Source: Candidatus Saccharimonadales bacterium (GTDB taxonomy: Bacteria; Patescibacteriota; Saccharimonadia; Saccharimonadales; DASZAF01). Taken from it: a stretch of DNA of 64,000 bases. The position numbers were made by a program, and so were the translations under genes. The notes under the pieces are model-generated. The model had not been told where the DNA came from and searched no databases. It saw only the letters and a program-made list of their open reading frames with translations. Location: positions 359 through 64,358 of the forward strand of contig DASZAF010000016.1 in assembly GCA_035945435.1 (NCBI GenBank), read 5' to 3'. Below, piece by piece: positions 23,503-32,238 of this stretch. Position 1 is the stretch's first letter. Each line of letters starts with the position of its first letter.

Positions 23503-25738
23503 TATGAGACAGCTCTTACAAATCACTGGCAAGGTCACGTTTATCGCCATACTCAGCGTTATGTTCAACCTCGTTACACTGTCCGGCATGGCGGGAGCAG
23601 CTCCGACTGGAGGAGGGGATAATGGCACGAGTCCATACTATAACACCAACACCCCCGAGGTATACGGCGGCTATCCATGGTATGCCCTGCCGTGTTTCAG
23701 CTCTACGGCCGGAAACACAACCTCAACACTTCAGATCAACAGCCAAGCCGCACAGGCCTTGGCGAAGAAGCTAAGCACCGGCAGTGTCAATATCGGATAC
23801 GCCATGTACGACTCGAGCGGCAACCTTGTTTCCAACTACAATGACACGTTTGAAAACTATGGAGCCTCTATCACCAAATCTATGATCCTCGTGGCCTACC
23901 TTACCCAAGTAGCCAATGGAACACTCAACCCCAATACGACCGAGAGCGACGGCATAAGTCTGGCGGCTAACGCCGACGCAATGATCCATATATCCGACGA
24001 TAACGATGCGAACGTCGTCTACCATGCACTTAAGAATCCGTCACAGTCAATTCAGAACGTAGCCAGCCAAGCAGGCATGACCGGTTTTAAATTCAACGAT
24101 TCAGCAGACACTCTCTACGACCTCGGCCAGTCGCAAATCACGGCTAATGACTTCGCTAAGTTCTTCTCTAAGATCGATACCATGATCCCATCATCACAAC
24201 AGCAGACTGGCCTCGATCTGCTCGCCAACGTCAGCCCTGTCACGGGTATTCTACAAGCCGGCATACCGGGTACCGTTTACTCAAAAGAGGGATGGAAAGG
24301 GGAGTCGAGCAGCAACACTGGTATTAGCACCCAGACAAACCCATATGGTGCAGAGGGAGTACCATACATCGTCAACCAAGCAGCTCAGTTCCAAAGTAAC
24401 GGCACGACCTACGGCCTTGCTTTTACAACTGCCGGCGTAGCCGACGAAGGTACTGGCGAACTAGATATCTTGGATATCACCAAGGCACTCTTAACGCCAT
24501 CCCAGAGTGGGACACCCGGTACACCAACAACCACCCCGAGCCCGACTGGCTCGAGCGGAGGTATTACACTGACCGGCGTACCACAGGCCTGGCAGCCGCT
24601 CTTCATTGATGCTGGGGAGAAATTCAACGTTCCACCGATTTGGCTGGCAGCCATCTTCTACACCGAGAATGGCAATAATTGGGCCGGCTCACCAACATCT
24701 ACAAACTGGCCGACCTCGCCGACAGGCGCCCAAGGACCAATGCAGTTCGAGCCCGGCTCATGGTCAGCTTATGGGACAGTTGCCAGTGGCACCGGCCTGC
24801 CCGCACGCCCCTCCAGTGTCGGCAATTCACCGGATATCAACTGGCCTCCAGATGCTGTTTTTGCAGCTGCAAAATACGGCTCACAGGGTCTTGGTCTATC
24901 CGGGACAGCTGCCCCAGGTGATCTTAATCAAGCATTTATCGCTCACACTATGATCTACGCCGCAGGTGGCTATAACGCCGGTTATGGCACGATGATACAG
25001 GCCACCAAGCAGTTTGGTGCAAATGCGCCCGTGGACGATCTTACTAAGCTTGGAGCGGGCTACTCACAGACCGTCGCCTACATGAAAAACGTCTACGCTC
25101 TCGTAACTTCTAAGTTCAGCCAGTCTGGTCAAGGACCTGGTGGGAGCAACTCGCCGTGCTCAAGTAGCACCGGCGTAACTGTTAGCAACAGCAACATCGT
25201 CAATGTTGCTCTTCAACAAGACGTAGCCTGGAATAGTAACCCAGGCTCTGACCACTCACTCTTCGTCAAATATACTGCTAATCAGTCATACCTGATCGGT
25301 GAATGGTGTGCAGCCTTTGTCAGCTGGGTTTATATGACCGCCGGTGTACCGCTCTCGGGAGGTGGCGGGCCGTCTTGGCTAATCGGTTCAGCGTTCGGCA
25401 TCATGCGCTACATGCAAACACACGGGATCTGGACCGCGAATGGAGCTAACGCGGCCGCACCACAACCGGGCGATGTCGTTGTCTTCTGTTTCCAAGGTTC
25501 GACATGCGGGACGTCAACCTCATTCGAAAGTCATATCGGTATCGTCGACCAAGTAGTTGGAAATGACCTCTATACAATCGAGGGGAATGCTGGGCTTAAC
25601 GCCTCAACAGCCGGTCTGGCTCCAGGATGCAAAGCGTTTGCAGGCAATATAGCTAGCGCCCCGCTTGGCGTTGGCTGTTCCGTTTATCCGGGATACCAAC
25701 ATCTTAGTTCAATCGTCGGTTGGGGTGGTCTTAAATGA
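23483..25738 (+). CDS. Secreted three-domain cell-wall hydrolase: serine beta-lactamase/PBP-like domain, lytic transglycosylase (SLT) and CHAP (VirB1/PrgK-like role)
   Basis: The protein has a signal peptide. The beta-lactamase-like part carries S-x-x-K (GASITKSM), a SDDN motif and KEG. The SLT-like part reads PIWLAAIFYTENGNNW...GAQGPMQFEPGSW. The CHAP part reads EWCAAFVSWVY...SHIGIV. An alternative start is the ATG at 23504. Confidence 0.8.
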   Translation: METHRINMRQLLQITGKVTFIAILSVMFNLVTLSGMAGAAPTGGGDNGTSPYYNTNTPEVYGGYPWYALPCFSSTAGNTTSTLQINSQAAQALAKKLSTGSVNIGYAMYDSSGNLVSNYNDTFENYGASITKSMILVAYLTQVANGTLNPNTTESDGISLAANADAMIHISDDNDANVVYHALKNPSQSIQNVASQAGMTGFKFNDSADTLYDLGQSQITANDFAKFFSKIDTMIPSSQQQTGLDLLANVSPVTGILQAGIPGTVYSKEGWKGESSSNTGISTQTNPYGAEGVPYIVNQAAQFQSNGTTYGLAFTTAGVADEGTGELDILDITKALLTPSQSGTPGTPTTTPSPTGSSGGITLTGVPQAWQPLFIDAGEKFNVPPIWLAAIFYTENGNNWAGSPTSTNWPTSPTGAQGPMQFEPGSWSAYGTVASGTGLPARPSSVGNSPDINWPPDAVFAAAKYGSQGLGLSGTAAPGDLNQAFIAHTMIYAAGGYNAGYGTMIQATKQFGANAPVDDLTKLGAGYSQTVAYMKNVYALVTSKFSQSGQGPGGSNSPCSSSTGVTVSNSNIVNVALQQDVAWNSNPGSDHSLFVKYTANQSYLIGEWCAAFVSWVYMTAGVPLSGGGGPSWLIGSAFGIMRYMQTHGIWTANGANAAAPQPGDVVVFCFQGSTCGTSTSFESHIGIVDQVVGNDLYTIEGNAGLNASTAGLAPGCKAFAGNIASAPLGVGCSVYPGYQHLSSIVGWGGLK

Positions 25739-25762
25739 TGCAAATAAAGGTAGACTACATAT

Positions 25763-26506
25763 ATGGACCCACAGTATAGACGTTATCTGCTTATGACCCT
25801 TGCCGGTGTAGTGGGCGTCTTTGTGCTCATCTTAATCGGCTACAGCCTTCGCAATGTCTTCCGCGGACCGTTTTATGTTGTCAGTACGGATCCCGCTAAC
25901 AAGGCAACCCTCGATATTGTCAGCCCAGTCTCTATCACATACAACATACCGGTTGCCTCATCAACTACCAAGAACTTCTCAATCTCCCCAAGTGTCAACG
26001 GAACTCTGTCTACAAAAGGGGACACGCTAACTTTCACTCCTAAAAACAACCTTAAATACCATGATCAGTACACGGTTATCGTCTCCAAGGCAACTTCGGC
26101 TAATGGGAAGTATACAATCGGCTCCTATAAACTCACTTTCACTGCAGGATACGTAAACTACAACCAGCTACCAAAGTCGCAGCAGCAAGCTTCAAACAAT
26201 GCGACGGATCTCCTATATAGGCAGTTCCCGATAACCAAATTCCTGCCATATCAAACAGTCCATTATTATATCGGCTTTAGCGGTGAGACTGACGGCAAGC
26301 TCGACCTTCAGATTCAACTCTTTGCTCTTTATATCAACAACAATGTGTCTATGTACCAACAGGATCTGCAGCAGTTCCAGAATGAGGCCCTGCAGTGGCT
26401 TCAAGGTAATGGTGTCAATACGTCGACTTTGAATATTACATGGAGCCCAGATCCAAATAACCCGGCAACCTACAGCAATCTACCCACTATGACTCCTGGG
26501 CCCTAA
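25763..26506 (+). CDS. Membrane-anchored protein with an Ig-like (SbsA_Ig-type) domain; last gene of the T4SS operon
   Basis: An N-terminal TM helix (LLMTLAGVVGVFVLILIGY) is followed by STDPANKATLDIVSPVSITYNIPV...FSISPSVNGTLSTKGDTLTFTPKNNLKYHDQYTVIV. Confidence 0.45.
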   Translation: MDPQYRRYLLMTLAGVVGVFVLILIGYSLRNVFRGPFYVVSTDPANKATLDIVSPVSITYNIPVASSTTKNFSISPSVNGTLSTKGDTLTFTPKNNLKYHDQYTVIVSKATSANGKYTIGSYKLTFTAGYVNYNQLPKSQQQASNNATDLLYRQFPITKFLPYQTVHYYIGFSGETDGKLDLQIQLFALYINNNVSMYQQDLQQFQNEALQWLQGNGVNTSTLNITWSPDPNNPATYSNLPTMTPGP

Positions 26507-26509
26507 GGT

Positions 26510-27589
26510 TTATCCTAGGTTGATGGTCTGACCCAGTCTATTCTTGGGTATACTCCCTTCAATACCCGACTCCGGAGTAGTAATGATCGTCTGCCACGGC
26601 GTTAGGTGATGCGACAAGGCCTTACGTCGAGTCGCATCCAGTTCCCCAAAGACATCATCAAGTAGAAGAAGTGGTGGCCGTGAACTTACCTCGTATAGCA
26701 ATGTAGCTTCAACAATCTTGAGCATCACAACAAGGGTTCGCAACTCTCCTCGCGAGGCATTGAAGTGAGCAGGTGAACCATCGAGGTCAATTGTAAAATC
26801 GTCGCGGTGAGGGCCAACTGAGGTAAATCCTCTCTCCTGATCCTTGCTTAGATTTGTTTCCAATTGATGCAGGAAGGCAGAAGCTAGAGTGACAACATCC
26901 CCTTTAACCGCTGTCTGGTGGTGAAGTTGAACCTTTGACGCCTTGTGACTCAGCTGGCTGTAAGCATCACTTGCTAGCTTGTTTACTCTATCAATTAGAT
27001 CCTGACGTTCGTTCATAATATGAGCTCCTAGCTCGCTCAGACGCACGTTCCAGACAAAGAGTTGGTCTTGTGGAGCAATATGGTCGTAAATGTCTTTCAG
27101 GAGTCTGTTACGCTGCGCCAGTGACCGTTTGTAACGCGTCAAGATTCGCTCATAAGTGGGGGAGAGCTGAGTAAGTAGTACGTCTAGAAAGAGTCGACGC
27201 TGATCTGGGGAGCCCGTTAAGAGCTGCATGTCCCGGGGTTCAAAAAGAACAACCGGAATACGAGTGTTGACGTTTAGTCGTTTGCTGACATCATTGATCC
27301 GAAATTCCTTGGTAGTCGTCTCTTTCTGAGGATCACGACGGATACGCAGACTACGTTCAACTGCCTGCTCGTCATTCGTCGCCAGATGCAACCAATCGGC
27401 ATCATGATGTATAAGGTTACTATCCTGCACGCGAAACGAGCTTCCATAAGAAGTAACATAGAGAGCCTCAAGAAGGTTCGTCTTACCGCTACCGTTCGGG
27501 CCGACAACCATATTAACCCCATCACTTAGGTCGAATGTGGTGTCTTTATATGAGCGAAAGTTCTTAAGATGAATCTTTCTGTACATCAC
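26510..27589 (-). CDS. recF: DNA replication and repair protein RecF
   Basis: The sequence LKNFRSYKD...VVGPNGSGKTNLLEALY (Walker A) and the C-terminal LLLLDDVFGELD are present, in the conserved dnaA-dnaN-recF order. Confidence 0.9.
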   Translation of the reverse strand: MMYRKIHLKNFRSYKDTTFDLSDGVNMVVGPNGSGKTNLLEALYVTSYGSSFRVQDSNLIHHDADWLHLATNDEQAVERSLRIRRDPQKETTTKEFRINDVSKRLNVNTRIPVVLFEPRDMQLLTGSPDQRRLFLDVLLTQLSPTYERILTRYKRSLAQRNRLLKDIYDHIAPQDQLFVWNVRLSELGAHIMNERQDLIDRVNKLASDAYSQLSHKASKVQLHHQTAVKGDVVTLASAFLHQLETNLSKDQERGFTSVGPHRDDFTIDLDGSPAHFNASRGELRTLVVMLKIVEATLLYEVSSRPPLLLLDDVFGELDATRRKALSHHLTPWQTIITTPESGIEGSIPKNRLGQTINLG

Positions 27590-27625
27590 AAGCTATTATC
27601 GTTCACTTTAACCAGTGACACAAAA

Positions 27626-28720
27626 CTAGCTCTTTAACGGCATAACAATGTGCTTATAGTCGACCTGCTTCGTGGCAGCTGTCAGAACACACGGTGATAG
27701 CTTGCCGTTGAAGGCAAACTTGACGGATTTCTCATCAATACAGCCAAGTGCTTCAAGGACGTAGCGTGAGTTAAGTGTCAGCCGGCCACTTCCTGTTACT
27801 TCGGCTTCTATGTTGGCGTCGTTTTCGCCAACCTGCGAAGCAACCGAGTGGATACTGACCGTCTTGGTTGTTTCGTCCACTTCAATCGTAATACTGCCAC
27901 CGCTATCCCGAGCAAAGAGCGAGGCGATCTTGGTGATACGAACCAGCTCTTCCTTGTCCAGTACCGCAGAGGTCTCATTGGTATCAGGTATTAACTGGCG
28001 GTAATCCGGGAATGTGCCGTCAATCAAACGGCTGACAATATCGATTTCACCAATACGAATGCGAACCTGTGTCTCGTCAAACCAGAACTCAACCTCTTCA
28101 ATGTCATCCGTTAAGACTCTCAGAACTTCCTGTAGCGTGTCTGCCGGAATAATCGACTGAAGTTGGGCGGAGCTTTCCACCAGTTGTCGTTCCGCCAGGC
28201 GATAGCCGTCTGTAGCTGCAAAGTAGAGTTTCCCGTTGTGAGTATGTGCGTAGACACCAGTCAGTACCGGACGAGTGTCGTCGCCCGAAACCACTAGAAC
28301 GGTCTGCTGAATTGCTCGCTTGGTGATGTGGGCGGGGAGAGTGATCTTATTCTGGTTACTCACCGATGGCAGACTTGGAAACTCATCCGCCACCATACCG
28401 TTGATAGTAGCGTTGTAGTTAGTTGTCTTGACGTGTAGTTTATGTTGATCCGAGATTAGTTCAACATTACCTTTGGGAAGATTACTGACAAGTTCAGTCA
28501 TAAGACGAGCAGGAACTGTTAGCGACCCCTCTTCCTCAATCTTGCCTCCGACATATTCCGTAACTGCTAATTCCAGATTGGTAGCTGCAAGGAGAAGTCT
28601 GTTTTGTTCGGTCTTTAAAAGGACGTTATTTAAGATGGGCAGGGGAGTCTTGCCGGAAGCAATGCGAGCAACTACTGATAGTGCTTTGCTTAGATTCTCT
28701 TGTGTAACTTGAAGGCGCAT
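27626..28720 (-). CDS. dnaN: DNA polymerase III beta subunit (sliding clamp)
   Basis: 364 aa, MRLQVTQENLSKALSVVARIASGKTPLPILNNVLLKTEQNRLLLAATNLE..., located directly downstream of dnaA. Confidence 0.92.
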   Translation of the reverse strand: MRLQVTQENLSKALSVVARIASGKTPLPILNNVLLKTEQNRLLLAATNLELAVTEYVGGKIEEEGSLTVPARLMTELVSNLPKGNVELISDQHKLHVKTTNYNATINGMVADEFPSLPSVSNQNKITLPAHITKRAIQQTVLVVSGDDTRPVLTGVYAHTHNGKLYFAATDGYRLAERQLVESSAQLQSIIPADTLQEVLRVLTDDIEEVEFWFDETQVRIRIGEIDIVSRLIDGTFPDYRQLIPDTNETSAVLDKEELVRITKIASLFARDSGGSITIEVDETTKTVSIHSVASQVGENDANIEAEVTGSGRLTLNSRYVLEALGCIDEKSVKFAFNGKLSPCVLTAATKQVDYKHIVMPLKS

Positions 28721-28999
28721 CTTTATTGGCTGATTCCTTTCTTCCTATTGTTATTTATATAAGTAGTAGAAGTAATAGTAGGGGGTGTTGATAATGTGTA
28801 CAAACGGCTTTTCAACAGATAGAAAATTGTCTCAAGTGTTGTGAATAGTCTGCGTAAAATAGGTGCGCAACTTGATGTCAGTGGGGGAGAGAATGGGGAA
28901 TACCAGGCTGGTTTGATAGCGAGTGCTTCTACCTGTGTATAAGACCGATTTGTTTGCACATGACTAGACACAGTTGAAGACACAGTTTGTGCACAGCTC
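28721..28999. other. oriC segment in the dnaA-dnaN spacer: AT-rich stretch plus DnaA-box-like 9-mers
   Basis: TGTGTATAA (28934-28942) is a perfect TTATNCACA box on the complementary strand. TGTGAATAg (28840-28848) and TGTtGATAA (28786-28794) each match 8 of 9 positions. An AT-rich run lies at 28741-28780 (candidate unwinding element). Confidence 0.55.
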
Positions 29000-30352
29000 C
29001 TAGACATAGAGGTGCTCCCTTAGTTCTGCTACAATTTGTCGCATTGAATAATCAAGAGCGATAACTTTCTCAATCTTTTCAATGGAGTGAATGGCTGTGG
29101 TGTGGTCTTTTCTGCCAAGCTCACCGGCGATCTTCGGAAAACTTAAATGGAGTTCGCTTCGAAGTAGATACATGGCTACTTGTCTTGGTAAGACGATGTG
29201 TTTGTCGCGTTTAGGGCCAATCATATCGGCCACGGGGATCTGAAAGTGTTTGGCCGTCTTCTCTACGACCTGCTTTGAGGTCAACCTTTGTGGTCTGTTG
29301 CGGTGCGTACCGAGTAGACCACTTGCTACCTGTACATCAGGAGCGACGCCGCGCATCTCGCAATATGCCAGCAACTGATTAAGACCACCTTCAAGTTCAC
29401 GAATGTTGGTCTGGAAGTTAGTGGCTAGAAACTCAATCGTGTCTCGGTCGAGCGTTACGTTATGAGAGTTGGCCTTTGACTGCAGAATGGCGCACCGGGT
29501 CTCGTAATCGGGTGTCTGGATATCTATCGCCATCCCCCATTCGAACCGACTTCGAAGACGCTCCTCTAAAGTGGGGATCGACTTAGGGGGTTTATCTGAA
29601 CTGATGATGATCTGTTTGTTGGCCTGGTGGAGGGCGTTAAAGGTGTGGAAGAACTCTTCCTGAGTCTTCTCCTTGCCGGCAATAAACTGCATGTCATCAA
29701 CGATTAAGACATCGACGTTTCGGTAACGATCGGCAAAGCTTTTCTTCTTGAAGCGAATTGCTTCGAGGAATTCGTTAACAAAGGTTTCGGAAGATATGTA
29801 GGTGACATGTGCGTCTGGGTTCTGCTCAGCGATGCCATTACCGACGGCCTGGATAAGGTGTGTCTTGCCAAGCCCGACCCCGCCGTAAATAAAGAGCGGG
29901 TTGTACTTCATACCCGGGTCGCTAACGACTGCTTGGCAGGCAGCATAGGCTAGTTCGTTGCTCGAGCCGACTATAAAAGTGTCAAAGACGTAGCGAGGAT
30001 TAAGCCCGACAGCTCTACTGTTGGGCTTAGAGCCTGAGGCGAGCGAGTTGGTGGGCAGGGAAACGACATCCTGTCCGGCACGGCCTTCATTCTTCTTCGT
30101 GTTTTTGCTGGATCGTATCTCGTAGGTGATACTTTTTACTTTGACTTCGTTCTTCTCGAGACTCTCTTTTATCTGTTTGTTGTATTTGACCTCGAGCTGT
30201 CTTTTGGCAAAGATGTTCGGCACCTCAATGGTGATATTGCCATTAGCGTCATCAATCAGTTCGGTATTTTTAAACCACGTCGTGAAGTTAGCACGAGATA
30301 CTGCAAGCTCGATTTCACCGAGAACACTCTGCCAAGTGGCACTCTTCGCCAA
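29000..30352 (-). CDS. dnaA: Chromosomal replication initiator protein DnaA
   Basis: The AAA+ core reads NPLFIYGGVGLGKTHLIQAVG...DVLIVDDMQFIAGKEKTQEEFFHTFN. The C-terminal DNA-binding domain reads GRKDHTTAIHSIEKI. The start is TTG with a GAGGGAGG Shine-Dalgarno. Confidence 0.95.
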   Translation of the reverse strand: MAKSATWQSVLGEIELAVSRANFTTWFKNTELIDDANGNITIEVPNIFAKRQLEVKYNKQIKESLEKNEVKVKSITYEIRSSKNTKKNEGRAGQDVVSLPTNSLASGSKPNSRAVGLNPRYVFDTFIVGSSNELAYAACQAVVSDPGMKYNPLFIYGGVGLGKTHLIQAVGNGIAEQNPDAHVTYISSETFVNEFLEAIRFKKKSFADRYRNVDVLIVDDMQFIAGKEKTQEEFFHTFNALHQANKQIIISSDKPPKSIPTLEERLRSRFEWGMAIDIQTPDYETRCAILQSKANSHNVTLDRDTIEFLATNFQTNIRELEGGLNQLLAYCEMRGVAPDVQVASGLLGTHRNRPQRLTSKQVVEKTAKHFQIPVADMIGPKRDKHIVLPRQVAMYLLRSELHLSFPKIAGELGRKDHTTAIHSIEKIEKVIALDYSMRQIVAELREHLYV

Positions 30353-30584
30353 TTCCTAACCTCCCTCGTACGGTTTTGATAGTCCTACTAAAACTATACT
30401 CAATGAGCCGACTTTTCCACAATCTATTTTAGTTACAAAAAACGAACAGCTAAGATGTTCGTTTATACACAGCCTTCAATTCTCCCCTGTAAACATGTGG
30501 ATAAGCTCTTGTCTAATGTGGAAAAGTTGTTAAAATAAACGACAGCTTATTTCTCTTTAGACCAGAGACTGAAAGGATTAATAA
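30353..30584. other. oriC segment between dnaA and rpmH: cluster of four DnaA boxes
   Basis: TTTTCCACA (30413-30421) and TTATACACA (30463-30471) are on the plus strand. TGTGGATAA (30496-30504) is a perfect TTATCCACA on the complementary strand. TGTGGAAAA lies at 30517-30525. Confidence 0.65.
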
Positions 30585-30722
30585 ATGCCAAAACGAACGT
30601 ACCAGCCGAAGAAACGACATCGCTCTCGCGTGCATGGCTTTCGTGCTCGCATGGCTTCACGTGCCGGACGACTTGTCCTCAAGAGCAGGCGCCTTAAGGG
30701 CCGCAAACGACTCTCCCATTAG
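30585..30722 (+). CDS. rpmH: 50S ribosomal protein L34
   Basis: Not in the ORF track (45 aa). Translation is [45 protein letters not shown], the classic L34 sequence, located upstream of rnpA. Confidence 0.95.
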   Translation: MPKRTYQPKKRHRSRVHGFRARMASRAGRLVLKSRRLKGRKRLSH

Positions 30723-30757
30723 GTCGAGGACCTAATGTGTTTATACTGTAGGTAGCT

Positions 30758-31105
30758 ATGTTAGAAGCGAGCTACAGATTTCATGGTCGGCGTAGTCTTG
30801 GGTTTCTCTTTAATCGTGGCAAGACGGTTCGATATGATGGCTTGAGCCTCAAGTTCGTCTATAACTCCCGTAGTATCAACTCACGCTGTGCTGTAGTGGT
30901 CGGGAGGAAAGTCACGAAGAAAGCACCTGTTCGTAATCGGATCCGGCGGCGAATCTTTGAGATCATCAGGTTGGAGTGGGATCACATAAAGCGGCCGTAC
31001 GATATTGCTTTCTTTGTCTTTGATGAGAGGGTGGCCGATATTCCTTATGACGAACTTCACGACCAAGTCGTCTCACTCTTAAAATCTGCCAACTTATACA
31101 CCTAG
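30758..31105 (+). CDS. rnpA: Ribonuclease P protein component
   Basis: 115 aa with the RNR motif region KKAPVRNRIRRRIFE, in the conserved rpmH-rnpA-yidC order. Confidence 0.85.
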   Translation: MLEASYRFHGRRSLGFLFNRGKTVRYDGLSLKFVYNSRSINSRCAVVVGRKVTKKAPVRNRIRRRIFEIIRLEWDHIKRPYDIAFFVFDERVADIPYDELHDQVVSLLKSANLYT

Positions 31106-31176
31106 TAATTTGGAGCGATATAAAAGGCTCTCGCCGCTTCACAACAGAGAAGTAATTATGCTACAATATCTCTAAT

Positions 31177-32235
31177 ATGCAAGGCATTGTCTACTTCCTG
31201 TTATTTGTTATCGTCTTTATTCTGGGCGGTAAGTACATATTCCCCATACTTGGTCATGCGATAATCGGCCTCTATCACGTTATCATTTCTATTACCCTCA
31301 ATATTCTGGCTGCTATCTACGCCATAATGCCAGGGCACGACTTCGGCGTCACAATAATCGTCTTCACCGTTCTTATTCGCCTTCTCATGTGGCCGCTTCT
31401 TAAGAAACAGATGCATCAGACGAAAGTTATGCGCAAGATTCAGCCTGAACTCAAGCGTGTCAAAGAGAAGGCCAAGGGTGATAAGCAACTTGAAGGCAAG
31501 CTGATGATGGAGCTCTATAAAGAACGAGGGATCAACCCGTTTGGAACGGTGGGGGTACTTGTGCTCCAGTTGCCGATAATTCTCGCTGTCTATCAAGTAC
31601 TTCGTCTTATTAGCGGTAATCCTCATGAATTGGTTGCTAAATCATACAACTTTGTTCGTCACATCGGTTACATGAAGAACGTGTCATCTAACATTCACCT
31701 TTTCCACGAAACTCTCTTTGGGCGAATCGATCTAAGCGTCCATGCACTTGGTAGTAATGGCAAAGTCTATATTCCTCTCATGTTCATTGCGCTCTTGGCA
31801 GCCGTCTTCCAGTATTTCCAGTCCAAGCAACTTATGCCGGTCGCGAAGGACAGTAAGTCATTAAAGCAGATCTTTAAGGATGCTGGCAGTGGCTCATCCA
31901 TCTCCGACCAGTCCGACATGACTACCGCTATGAATGGCATGATGGTCAAAATCTTTCCGCTATTCACCTTCTTCTTCGCCATCAGTGTGCAGGGCGGTTT
32001 AGCGCTCTATCTTCTCACAACCACACTTGTTGGCTGGGCCCAACAGAGCTACTTACTCAGCCGAGATGAGGAAGAGATGGAAAAGTCGGTTGAAACCAAG
32101 ACGTCAGTCGTTGCACGGGCTGAAAAGGCGCAAGAGGCTGAAGTTGTGAAGACCACTCCAAAGAAGAAGACTAAGAAGAGTAGTAAGAGCGCCACGCATG
32201 TTAAACGCGGTAAGACCACTAAGAGGAAGGGGTAG
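31177..32235 (+). CDS. yidC: Membrane protein insertase YidC (short Gram-positive type)
   Basis: The sequence GVTIIVFTVLIRLLMWPLLKKQMHQTKVMRKIQPELKRVKEK...LMMELYKERGINPFG is present, with multiple TM helices and a lysine-rich C-tail. Confidence 0.9.
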   Translation: MQGIVYFLLFVIVFILGGKYIFPILGHAIIGLYHVIISITLNILAAIYAIMPGHDFGVTIIVFTVLIRLLMWPLLKKQMHQTKVMRKIQPELKRVKEKAKGDKQLEGKLMMELYKERGINPFGTVGVLVLQLPIILAVYQVLRLISGNPHELVAKSYNFVRHIGYMKNVSSNIHLFHETLFGRIDLSVHALGSNGKVYIPLMFIALLAAVFQYFQSKQLMPVAKDSKSLKQIFKDAGSGSSISDQSDMTTAMNGMMVKIFPLFTFFFAISVQGGLALYLLTTTLVGWAQQSYLLSRDEEEMEKSVETKTSVVARAEKAQEAEVVKTTPKKKTKKSSKSATHVKRGKTTKRKG

Positions 32236-32238
32236 GTT

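Noticed and set aside
10845-26506. Interpreting the T4SS block as a conventional ICE or conjugative plasmid insertion bounded by the tRNA cluster
   Set aside because: The block contains no integrase, relaxase, coupling protein or replication gene, and no repeat of a tRNA 3' end at its right side, where recF follows 3 nt after the last gene. The serine recombinase belongs to the separate element on the left, beyond tRNA-Arg. This conclusion remains open to whole-genome checks.
28723-29007. 94-aa minus-strand ORF in the dnaA-dnaN spacer
   Set aside because: The region carries DnaA boxes and an AT-rich run. The ORF has no Shine-Dalgarno and a Ser/Thr-rich, low-complexity sequence. The region is better explained as oriC.
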